Positions 9,095 to 18,552 of a DNA stretch of 45,911 bases are shown in pieces. The notes beneath the pieces were generated by a model. That model was not told the DNA's origin and made no database searches. It was given only the letters and a program-made list of their open reading frames with translations. The stretch covers positions 1 through 45,911 of the IMG/VR virus record IMGVR_UViG_3300037760_000067; one strand, written 5' to 3'. Within the stretch, counting starts at the first letter, position 1. The number at the start of each line of letters is the position of its first letter. This stretch comes from a virus (lineage: Duplodnaviria; Caudoviricetes). Position numbers and translations under genes: made by a program.

Positions 9095-9448
9095 CTAATC
9101 CCCGCCGCGCCTCGGGTCGATCACCTCCAGCGTCTCCACCCACGACAGGGGCGAGCTTGCGCCGTCGTCGCCGTTGACCAGCACCTCGTACCGGAGCGTC
9201 GGGTCGACGGTGAGGCTCGCGTTCAAGTAGCCCCAGAACACGCCGTCGGAGCCGGAGCGGTAGGCGAGCGCAAACGGCCACGTCTCGCCGACGACCACGG
9301 CGCCATTGTTCCGGCGCCTGACGGTGATGCGGACGGTGGCGGCGGAATCGAGGAATTCGAACGTGCCGGTCGCGCCGTCTTCGGCTTTGAGTTCGAACAC
9401 CTCGATGATCCATCGGTTGTCGGGCGAGTACCGAAGTCGCGCGCTCAT
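9095..9448 (-). CDS. Putative beta-sandwich virion accessory protein
   Basis: Beta-rich 117 aa; GAGG RBS. Confidence 0.55.
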   Translation of the reverse strand: MSARLRYSPDNRWIIEVFELKAEDGATGTFEFLDSAATVRITVRRRNNGAVVVGETWPFALAYRSGSDGVFWGYLNASLTVDPTLRYEVLVNGDDGASSPLSWVETLEVIDPRRGGD

Positions 9449-9469
9449 GGCGTCCTCACGGGGGAGAGA

Positions 9470-9718
9470 ATGGGACAGATCGTGGTGCCGGACACGGACG
9501 AGCGGGTACGGTGGACGGTCGGTGACGCGGCGAGCGTGGTGGTAGCGCGCCAAGCGTTCGACCGGCTGCGCGCGGAAGGCCGGACCGCGACGGTGGGCGA
9601 AGTGGAGGTTGTGGAGTTCGACCCATCGGCTGCGCGTATCCTGTTCTCGGTGCACCCAACCGTGCGGGACGCGATGCGCGAGATCGTGGACGAGTTCCGT
9701 GATGTGGACGATTCATAG
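9470..9718 (+). CDS. Hypothetical protein
   Basis: GGGGAG RBS; natural composition. Confidence 0.55.
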   Translation: MGQIVVPDTDERVRWTVGDAASVVVARQAFDRLRAEGRTATVGEVEVVEFDPSAARILFSVHPTVRDAMREIVDEFRDVDDS

Positions 9719-10039
9719 CGAGCGATCCCGGCCGGTGCCTTGAGCGGCTTGCCCCGGCTGCGCATTCGGTGACAGCACGAACCACGACCGGACGGCCGCG
9801 GGCGTGTGGCCGCGTGCGATGGCTACCGCGTCGAGTGCTTGGTCAGGGATCGGCTGCACGCCAGGTCCAGGCGGAATCGGCTGGTCGTCAGGCACGGCGA
9901 CGAGATAGGTACCGTCCGTGAACGGATGTCCGACCCAGCGCTGTGCGGGTTGGGTTACCGGAACACTGGCCCTGACCGGATCGTCTATAGTGGCGTCGCT
10001 GACGCCGCTGCCTATCAGCGGCACGCTGTAATGTCGCAT
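9713..10039 (-). CDS. Hypothetical protein
   Basis: MRHYSVPLIGSG... after a GGGGTG RBS. Confidence 0.55.
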   Translation of the reverse strand: MRHYSVPLIGSGVSDATIDDPVRASVPVTQPAQRWVGHPFTDGTYLVAVPDDQPIPPGPGVQPIPDQALDAVAIARGHTPAAVRSWFVLSPNAQPGQAAQGTGRDRSL

Positions 10040-10058
10040 CGTCTTCACCCCTGACCCA

Positions 10059-10301
10059 ATGTTCTCATTCCTGCGTCGTTGGCGAGAGCGCCGAATCGCC
10101 GCGCAGATGTACCGCGACCTCTCAGACGAGTATTTCGCCGCGTACCTCCGGTGGCGCGACGTGGCGTTGACCTGCGAGCGCGCACTCAATGCCCATCCGT
10201 ATGCACCGGACGCCGATGCCTTGCGGGACGCCGCCGAGCAGGCGCTCCGCGACGCGCGTTTGCACAGTGCGTTCGGCGCGGACGATGACATGCCAGCATA
10301 G
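10059..10301 (+). CDS. Hypothetical protein
   Basis: 80-aa ORF exactly filling the gap between minus-strand genes. Confidence 0.4.
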   Translation: MFSFLRRWRERRIAAQMYRDLSDEYFAAYLRWRDVALTCERALNAHPYAPDADALRDAAEQALRDARLHSAFGADDDMPA

Positions 10302-10302
10302 G

Positions 10303-12174
10303 CTAGGGTGGCGTGAATGACACATCGTCGAACCGCGACAGGATGCCCGCGGAATCAAATACACCGATCCCCTGCAGCGTCGCCGTCTGGTTGAATGCGT
10401 GCGTCGTCGAGAACACCGACACCTCATTGCGGAAAATCTCAATCGATGTACCTGCCAAATGGACGCGGATCACATCACCAGTTACGGACGCCCCGATGTT
10501 CCCGAGCACCGTGGTTCCACCCTCCCGCTTGATAACATTGCCGGTGGAGTTCAGGAAGAACAGGTGAGTGCCATCGGTAGCACGCCACGCCACGCGTGCA
10601 GTCTCGGTCGTCACCAGAGAGAGAGTGACCTCGAAATCCCCGTCGCTTGCACCGACATCCCAGGCCAGGAACGAGTTGACCGCGGCGACAGGCCGATAGC
10701 ACTGACCGCCGCTCCGGCCCCACGTCCCGCCGTTGAACACGGTTGCGGTGTGCCCGCTGTCGGATACGCCTACCGTGGTCGCGTTGTCTCCGCCGCTGAA
10801 GGTGTGCAGCAGCGGCGTGATGCTCGCTGTGACCTCTCCATCCGCTGCGAACGACCCCGTGCCTGACGCGGCGAACGCGGCCACCCGCACCCGGTGCGGC
10901 ACCAGCGTGAGCAATCCCGTGCCTGACCACACCAGGCCCGCTGTCCCCTCGACGACCGCGCCGTCCGCGGCGAACGCGCCCGCGCCCGACACGGCCAGCG
11001 CGCCGGACCACACGTCGCCAGCCAGCGGGTAGCCGAACCGTGCCGTGCGCACCTTGCCCCTGACCACCGGGCGCATGGTGACCTTGCCGCTCACCACCGG
11101 ATACGAGCGCACGCGGCCCGTGACCACCGGCCGGATGCGCACCTTGCCGGTGATGTGGCGGAACCGGCTGGGCAGCGCGCCCGCGATGAGCAGCGCGCCC
11201 GCACCCGACAACACCAAGCTCCCCTGCCGGACCATGCTCGCCGCCGCCGCAAACAGCCCCGCGCCTGACAGCGCCGCGGCCCCACCGCGCGTAACCGTAG
11301 CCGCGCCCGCGAACGTACCAGTGCCGCTCAGCGCCGCCGCGCCTGTACCCGCGATCACGCCCGCGCTCGTAAACGTGCCCGTCCCGCTCACCACAGCCGC
11401 ACCAGCGCGCGAACGCGTGGCCGTCAAGGCCAGCGCACCCGTGCCGCTCACCGCGGCCGTAGCAGCCTTCTCCAGCACGCCGGACGCGGCAAAGCTCCCG
11501 TCACCGTCCAGGGCCGCCGCGCCGTCGTGCGCGGTGCCGGACGTGGCCGCTTCCTCGAGCTGCAGCGCGCCGACGCGGCCGTTCGATGTGCCGGACGAGT
11601 CGAAGGTAAACGTCGCCGATCCCGCCGTCGCCGGACCCGCGCCCAGAATGATCCGCTGCCCGTCGAACACCACGCCATTGTCGATCGAGAGGAGTGGCGT
11701 ACCAGCAGGCTCCGCGTCCATCGTCCGGTCCTCGACCCGGAGACAGAACAGCAGAACCGGCACGCTGTCGATCGTGGTGTCGAACGTGACCGGATGCGTG
11801 GTGCCCGCGGCACCGCTCGCGCACGCGGCGGGTGGGATCACGCCTAGCTGCTCGGCGCCCGAAAACTCGGCAACGAGTACGCCCTGGTTCGTGCGGTTCC
11901 CACCGAACGTCAGGACGAGGTCGTGATCGCTCGTGTCGGTCGGAAGAAAGGCGTCCTCGGCCACCCAGAGGCGGCAGAACGGCGAGGGATTGGTCGCCGC
12001 CGCCGACAGGCTGATGCCGTTGTACGTCGCGGTCGCTACATCGCCGCCGTGGAAGAACACGAGATAGCGACCCGTGCCCGCGCTGGCGTTCCCCATCGCG
12101 TACTGCAGCGTGATGGGGTTAGTCGCCGCGCCGTTATAGACGAGGTATTGCTGCTTGACCGGGGTGAGAGCCAC
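10303..12174 (-). CDS. Gly/Ala/Thr-rich tail fibre-like protein
   Basis: About 20-aa repeats AAxSGTGxF; beta-rich terminal domains. Confidence 0.7.
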   Translation of the reverse strand: MALTPVKQQYLVYNGAATNPITLQYAMGNASAGTGRYLVFFHGGDVATATYNGISLSAAATNPSPFCRLWVAEDAFLPTDTSDHDLVLTFGGNRTNQGVLVAEFSGAEQLGVIPPAACASGAAGTTHPVTFDTTIDSVPVLLFCLRVEDRTMDAEPAGTPLLSIDNGVVFDGQRIILGAGPATAGSATFTFDSSGTSNGRVGALQLEEAATSGTAHDGAAALDGDGSFAASGVLEKAATAAVSGTGALALTATRSRAGAAVVSGTGTFTSAGVIAGTGAAALSGTGTFAGAATVTRGGAAALSGAGLFAAAASMVRQGSLVLSGAGALLIAGALPSRFRHITGKVRIRPVVTGRVRSYPVVSGKVTMRPVVRGKVRTARFGYPLAGDVWSGALAVSGAGAFAADGAVVEGTAGLVWSGTGLLTLVPHRVRVAAFAASGTGSFAADGEVTASITPLLHTFSGGDNATTVGVSDSGHTATVFNGGTWGRSGGQCYRPVAAVNSFLAWDVGASDGDFEVTLSLVTTETARVAWRATDGTHLFFLNSTGNVIKREGGTTVLGNIGASVTGDVIRVHLAGTSIEIFRNEVSVFSTTHAFNQTATLQGIGVFDSAGILSRFDDVSFTPP

Positions 12175-12183
12175 AACGACGAC

Positions 12184-12576
12184 CTACTCTTCGCTGACAT
12201 CGACCTCGCCCGTCGCGAAGACGAGCGTATCGGTGTCCTCGACCAATCGCGAGCTGGTGAGCGGGCCGTAGTAGATGATGTCGGCAACATCGCGCGTCCC
12301 GGCACGGCAGATCCCCGCGTGCGTGACCGTGCCGAACCCCGCGCCTGACGCGGGACCGAACGTGACATCGGCGCTGTTGGCGCTTGCCCCGCTCGCAGCA
12401 TCGCCGAACGTGATCGCTTGTCGCGTGTAGCCGACCGCGGCGACGACCTCGTTGGTCACGGAGCCCGCCTCACCGGGATCGCCCGTGAACAGGGCCAGGA
12501 AACACCCGACGTCCCGGTCCTGGAGCAGCCAGTCGAGTACGTCGTTCTCGGCTTGGGTCGTTTTGTTGTTCGCCAT
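12184..12576 (-). CDS. Small tail-fibre-associated structural protein
   Basis: ENDVLDWL..LALFTGDPGEAG..EV..GYTRQAITF..NSADVTF..GTVTHAGI pattern common in phage tail modules. Confidence 0.75.
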   Translation of the reverse strand: MANNKTTQAENDVLDWLLQDRDVGCFLALFTGDPGEAGSVTNEVVAAVGYTRQAITFGDAASGASANSADVTFGPASGAGFGTVTHAGICRAGTRDVADIIYYGPLTSSRLVEDTDTLVFATGEVDVSEE

Positions 12577-12587
12577 CGGTTAGGCCC

Positions 12588-13186
12588 TCATCGAAAGTTG
12601 AACGTGACGCCGCATAGCGCCCCAGGTCCTGCACGCACCTCACCGGCCGATACCAGCGCCGCGTAGCCTGCCGCACAGCCGAACCCGAACCGCGACGGCT
12701 CACGCGGGATCGGCAACTGCTCTAACGCCAACGCCAGCGAGTCGCCGCGAATCCTCCATTCCAGCCCGACCCGCCGCTCCTCCACGATCACCAGCGAGTC
12801 GGCGCGCTGCTTGTCCGCGCACGTATCGCGGAACGCCGAGCAGCTTCGCCTGAGCGTGTCAAAGTCCAAGCGGCGCACCCACTCCGTCGCAACGGGCACC
12901 CCGTCCACCGTGTCGACCACTGTCCGCACGCGCGGCGGCAACCCTAACACCGAATCGAGCGACGCCTTGGCTTGGTGGAACAGCGCCGTGGCCGTCGCCG
13001 CCCGTGCTACCACTGAATCCCGTTCCGCTTCAACCTCTGCGATCCGCTGGACCGACAGCGAGTCCCGCCGCAACGCCTCGTCGCGCGCTTGCCGTAGTTC
13101 CGCATTCCCATCCCCACGTCCGAACACCAGCCACGCGGCCAGCGCGCCGACTACGAACCCGGCGAAAAAGCCCGCGACGATGCGGT

Positions 13187-13190
<4 letters not shown>
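12588..13190 (-). CDS. Spanin-like membrane-anchored protein
   Basis: N-terminal TM helix, coiled-coil, C-terminal alternating beta strands ending VTFNFR; in lysis region. Confidence 0.55.
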
Positions 13191-14478
<1,288 letters not shown>

Positions 14479-14482
<4 letters not shown>

Positions 14483-14826
14483 ACGTTCACCACGGGTGCG
14501 AGGTAGACCAGCGCCACAGCGAGCAGTATCCCGGCTCCGTTCGCGGCCACGTCCATCCAATCCAGATACCGCTGGGTAAACTCCCAGCCGAGCAGCACAA
14601 CGAACACGGCAACGGCTGCGATGATCGTCGGGATACCGACGGCGAACATCGCGACCAGCATCAGCGCGAACGCTTGCAAGGCGTGGAGATAGGACTTGGG
14701 ATAGGCGGCTTGGGCCTTCCACTCGCGCTGTGGCGTGCCCTCGGGCCGCGAGTCCACGTCGAAACGCAGGAACCAGTTAGCGGCCAGCACAGCGAGCATC
14801 AGCACCGCAAAGATGACGTAGCGCAT
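14479..14826 (-). CDS. VanZ-like membrane protein
   Basis: Several TM helices; HAL..WEFTQ..DWMDVAANGAGI. Confidence 0.6.
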
Positions 14827-15018
14827 CTACTTGCCTCCACCACGGGGGGTCCGACGGAAATACCAGACGATCGCGCCGACGATCAGCAGCCCGAACGCGG
14901 GGAACCACAGGTCGCGGAGATCGCTGTCGCTCCACCGCTCGACGTGTCCCGTTAGGATGAGCGCCGTCGTGATCACCACGACCGCCAGCAGCACCATTAT
15001 CCAGCCCTTGCCGCTCAT
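14827..15018 (-). CDS. Small two-TM membrane protein (holin/antiholin candidate)
   Basis: Two hydrophobic helices, basic tail, GGGAGG RBS. Confidence 0.6.
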   Translation of the reverse strand: MSGKGWIMVLLAVVVITTALILTGHVERWSDSDLRDLWFPAFGLLIVGAIVWYFRRTPRGGGK

Positions 15019-15032
15019 CTAGACCTCCCCGC

Positions 15033-15185
15033 TTAGAGAACCCTGCGCCCGCGGACGAACCGCAGAAGAATCAGCAGCAGGACGACGAACAGCAGGACGT
15101 GGACGAGGCTCCCCACGGGGAACGCGAACGCGCCAAGCAGCCACGCGATCAGCAGGATCACGATGAGCAGTTCAAGCAGTCCCAT
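15033..15185 (-). CDS. Small membrane protein (lmo0937/DUF5670-like)
   Basis: MGLLELLIVILLIAWLLG..GSLVHVLL..LLRFVRGRR; GGAGG RBS. Confidence 0.7.
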   Translation of the reverse strand: MGLLELLIVILLIAWLLGAFAFPVGSLVHVLLFVVLLLILLRFVRGRRVL

Positions 15186-15186
15186 G

Positions 15187-15771
15187 TTACGCCTCCACCG
15201 TTGAGAGCAATCGCCGCCAGTGCGCCATATCGAGGATGCGCGGCAGCGGGTCCGTCTTCCGCCCCGGTGAGACCTCGCAGTGCCCAACGTTGCCGCCCGG
15301 AGGCACAGCGTAGAGCGACATCAACGTCCGGCCTAACCATAGCCCTGACTCGACTTGCGCTTTCGTCAGCGGGTCATCGTCGGGGTTGTCGTCCGTGCCG
15401 TCGTCGTTCGCGAATGACACCCCGAGCGTGCGGCTATTGAGCGAGCCGCGCATCCCGATCGACGTGCCGTTGTTCGGCCACTGCGACACGCCCGCGTGAT
15501 AGGCGACGAGGTCGGGATGTAGGAATCGGTAGACCGTGCCGTCCTTGTCGATCAGGTAGTGATAGGACGCCGTGGCGTGCGGGGAGTTCATCCACTCCAT
15601 CGCAGAGTCCGCACGATCGCCAGCTGTCGCGTGCCAGACGATCAGCTCTGTCGTCAGGCGCTTGCCACCGTGGTCCTCAGCATTGTCCAGCCGCGTGACG
15701 CGCGACTGCAACGACACGGGATTCGCCATCCAGTCGCAGGCGAGCGCGGTGATGTACTCACTCAGGCTCAC
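15187..15771 (-). CDS. Endolysin, N-acetylmuramoyl-L-alanine amidase (Amidase_2)
   Basis: IVWHATAG, ASYHYLIDKDG, AYHAGVS, GHCEVSPGRKTDP. Confidence 0.92.
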   Translation of the reverse strand: MSLSEYITALACDWMANPVSLQSRVTRLDNAEDHGGKRLTTELIVWHATAGDRADSAMEWMNSPHATASYHYLIDKDGTVYRFLHPDLVAYHAGVSQWPNNGTSIGMRGSLNSRTLGVSFANDDGTDDNPDDDPLTKAQVESGLWLGRTLMSLYAVPPGGNVGHCEVSPGRKTDPLPRILDMAHWRRLLSTVEA

Positions 15772-16166
15772 GGCACATCACCCCGCAACGGCGCGGCATC
15801 AGGCACCACGGGGACCGCGCCCGACTTCCGAAGCACGGCCGTCGCCTCAGCCTTCGCGATTTCCTTCTTCGCCTCAGCGTTCGCCTCGGCCTCGACAACG
15901 GCAGGCTTGGTCACAGCGCGCCGTCCGATCTGCGCCGCCTGCGAGACACCAGCCCACACCGCGGTCGCGATCAGGATGGAGTCCAAAATGTCCTGCCAGC
16001 CTTCGGGCACGACGACCACGCGAGCGGACCACATGTAGACCGAGAACGCGATCAGGCTCATGGACCCGACGAGCAGCAACGTCAGCGCGAAGCCGGTGGC
16101 GCCCAAGAGCGCGTTCGTTTTTGCAGCATCGGTGGCGTTGACCCACGTTAGGAAGCGGCGCATCAC
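15768..16166 (-). CDS. Holin-like membrane protein
   Basis: Two TM segments immediately upstream of the endolysin. Confidence 0.55.
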   Translation of the reverse strand: MMRRFLTWVNATDAAKTNALLGATGFALTLLLVGSMSLIAFSVYMWSARVVVVPEGWQDILDSILIATAVWAGVSQAAQIGRRAVTKPAVVEAEANAEAKKEIAKAEATAVLRKSGAVPVVPDAAPLRGDVP

Positions 16167-16429
16167 TTTCTCGACTCCCGCGGCACGGCGCCCTCGCTCG
16201 TCTCGCCAACCGGCAGCCGATGGTCGATGTACTTGCGTAACTCCTTGATCTCGTCCAGCGCCTCCGTCAGGCGGGAGTTGACGAGCACGTGAATCTCGCG
16301 CAGCGCTTGGTCGGTATCGGCCTTGTCGACGTCCCGCTCCTTCTTTTGGTTCCTGCGCGCCATCACGACGGCGAGGACCGGCGCCACCGCCGCGATCATC
16401 GAGACCACGACCAGATCACTAGGCCACAT
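16163..16429 (-). CDS. Membrane-anchored small protein (lysis module)
   Basis: N-terminal TM, then EIHVLVNSRL coiled-coil. Confidence 0.6.
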   Translation of the reverse strand: MWPSDLVVVSMIAAVAPVLAVVMARRNQKKERDVDKADTDQALREIHVLVNSRLTEALDEIKELRKYIDHRLPVGETSEGAVPRESRK

Positions 16430-16459
16430 GGTGCCCTCCCGGTGTCGTCGTCTCGGTCG

Positions 16460-16969
16460 TCATGGCGAGTCTCCGAACATCTGCTGCCGCAGCGCTTTCC
16501 GGACTTCCTCCGGGCCAGCGTCCAGCGCGATCAGGGTGTGCACCGAGCGCGCGACCTGCTGGACCGCGTCGCGCATCTCGTCGATCGCCTGACGCGTCTC
16601 GCGCATGGCCGTGTCGTGCCGCACGCCCATCACGGTAAGATCCTGCCGCATCTCGTGGCGCTCACTGCGCATCTCCCGCTCAAGCACTCTCATGGCGTCC
16701 TCCAGCTTGACCACGCGGTCCTCGAGCTGGCCGAGCAGCCGCCGCGTTTCAAGCAGTTCAGGGAGGAGTCCGATGAGCGAGTCATGAGCGACCTTGGAAT
16801 CGGATCTGATGAGCGCCAGAATCCCGCGCTGCATGAGCCAGGTGACGAACGTGGCGAGTTGCCGCCCGATCCATTTGAGGTTCTTGAGTACCGTGAACAC
16901 GGCGACCGCGATGCCCAGCCACAGGGCAAGCAGATCCCCACGGATGTCCGGTCCCACGGGCTCTTGCAT
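16460..16969 (-). CDS. Membrane-anchored coiled-coil protein (lysis module)
   Basis: N-terminal hydrophobic helix and long heptad region. Confidence 0.6.
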   Translation of the reverse strand: MQEPVGPDIRGDLLALWLGIAVAVFTVLKNLKWIGRQLATFVTWLMQRGILALIRSDSKVAHDSLIGLLPELLETRRLLGQLEDRVVKLEDAMRVLEREMRSERHEMRQDLTVMGVRHDTAMRETRQAIDEMRDAVQQVARSVHTLIALDAGPEEVRKALRQQMFGDSP

Positions 16970-17011
16970 GGCGTCGCATCGTCACGAGTCCTGAAGCGAT
17001 TGATCCCGGCG

Positions 17012-17066
17012 AAAAACAAAAGCGGCGGCCCAAATCTCCCCGTGAGGAGATTCAAGCCGCCGCGTT
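17012..17066 (-). terminator. Long hairpin with T-tract upstream of the lysis genes
   Basis: Minus strand GCGGCGGC..AATCTCC..GGAGATT..GCCGCCGC-TTTTGTTTTT. Confidence 0.7.
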
Positions 17067-17119
17067 GGCAGACGGTACTCTCGATTGTCGTCCTACATCC
17101 TGCTGCTACGGACTAACGC

Positions 17120-17326
17120 TCAGCCTTCTGGCGGCGGATCGTCCCCGTAGTCGACTTCCACGTGGTTCACGAACACGCGAATGCTCTCGCCGTCCATTAG
17201 CACCTTCACGTACGACTCGCCGACGAGCGGCCCGTGGTGCCGCTCCAGCCAATCGAGCGTGATCACCCTGCCGGGTGTGACCGAAAACAACGGGCGCCAC
17301 GGTGCGGGCCACGAGTGCAGTTCCAT
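17120..17326 (-). CDS. Hypothetical protein ending PPPEG
   Basis: 68-aa ORF sharing start and stop contexts with the 38.5-39.5 kb small genes. Confidence 0.55.
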   Translation of the reverse strand: MELHSWPAPWRPLFSVTPGRVITLDWLERHHGPLVGESYVKVLMDGESIRVFVNHVEVDYGDDPPPEG

Positions 17327-17365
17327 GCTCTACAAGATACGGTTAGCGCCTAGCGTGCGCCAGAC

Positions 17366-17554
17366 TCAACCCAGAAGCCAGGCCCGCGTCACCGATTGGT
17401 TCACGTTCGGGGTCAGGATCTCGATCCCCGATTGCGTGACCCGGACCGCACTCCCGCCCTCGACGGCGGCCTCGACCCCGGATTGCGTGACCCGGACCGT
17501 GGAATCGCCCTCCTGCGCGACCTCGATCCCAGACTGCGTGACCCGGACCGGCAT
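17366..17554 (-). CDS. 62-aa protein made of three VRVTQSG(I/V)E repeats
   Basis: Three repeats at 17-aa spacing; paralogous to the N-terminus of the 1137-aa tail protein. Confidence 0.75.
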   Translation of the reverse strand: MPVRVTQSGIEVAQEGDSTVRVTQSGVEAAVEGGSAVRVTQSGIEILTPNVNQSVTRAWLLG

Positions 17555-18552
17555 CAGCTAATCAGCTCGACCCCGACCTCGATCGGGAAGTCCGCGGGTG
17601 CCCACGCGGCCGCGGTGTCGGGGTTCTCGTCCCAGACTTCGGTCTTCGTGTCGTAGCTGGCGTTGACGGAGACCGTCGCGCCGGTATCCGTGGTCGTGCC
17701 CGCCCGCAGCTTGGCCGCCACCGTGTGCGATCCCGCATCGTCTTCGCGCACGCGATTGATCGCCTGCACCGCGAACACCGTGGTCGGCGAGCCCGTGAGA
17801 TCGGCGGTCTCATACAGGTCGATGGCGCCGGCCAGGGTGGCGGAGTTGTAGGTGGTGTCTTCGTCGGGTGCGGCGTCGTCGACGTTCTGAAAGTTGGAGC
17901 CCGCCAGCGGGGTCCAGTCGGTCGAGTTCCCGGCCCCGGTGGGCGCCCGGTACTGCACCCGCACGTCGCCTAGGAAATCATCGTTCACGCCACCCGCGGT
18001 ATCGCAGATGTAGATGTCATCCCAGTCGAAATTGCCACCGCCGGTCACGAACTTGGTGAACCGGATGTTGTCGAACGTGGCGGTGCCAGCGTTTTGGGTG
18101 TCGACGTTCGTGAGGGTCAGCACGGCGACGCCGTTGATGCGGACGGTGACCGCGCCGGTGGAGTCGTGGATCGTGGCCCGCACCTCGATGTAGGCGTACA
18201 CGTTACCCACGATCAGTGCCGGTGCGCTCGTGCCGAGCGTGCCGCCCGGCCCCACCACAGCGAGCGCGCCATTCGTCAGGCTATTAATGGAAACGTGGAC
18301 CGCCGACCCTTCCCGGATCTGGAGGATGGCGGAATCGAGCGTCAGATCGGTGCGCTTGAACGCGAACCCGATGACCCCGGTCGCGATCGCCGCGGTCAGG
18401 TTCTTCTGGAGTGTGGCCCCGTTTGTCGGCGTACGCAGACACGCCGTCGAGTTCCGGCCGTTCCCCGCGGAGACCGTAAAGGAATTGTTGGAGCTCCACT
18501 TGTGCGCGGGATCGGTGTAGTGGTCCGCCGAGTCCATGAACAGCACCGCCAT
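17554..18552 (-). CDS. Tail-associated beta-sandwich protein
   Basis: MAVLFMDSADHY start; DDIYICD..NDDFLGDVRV pattern; position after the large tail gene. Confidence 0.7.
   Translation of the reverse strand: MAVLFMDSADHYTDPAHKWSSNNSFTVSAGNGRNSTACLRTPTNGATLQKNLTAAIATGVIGFAFKRTDLTLDSAILQIREGSAVHVSINSLTNGALAVVGPGGTLGTSAPALIVGNVYAYIEVRATIHDSTGAVTVRINGVAVLTLTNVDTQNAGTATFDNIRFTKFVTGGGNFDWDDIYICDTAGGVNDDFLGDVRVQYRAPTGAGNSTDWTPLAGSNFQNVDDAAPDEDTTYNSATLAGAIDLYETADLTGSPTTVFAVQAINRVREDDAGSHTVAAKLRAGTTTDTGATVSVNASYDTKTEVWDENPDTAAAWAPADFPIEVGVELIS

Noticed and set aside
15187-15771. Amidase inactive because the usual SIGIE glutamate reads TLGVS
   Set aside because: The zinc ligands are intact and the SYHY tyrosine matches the T7-lysozyme-type arrangement, so there is no good reason to call it inactive
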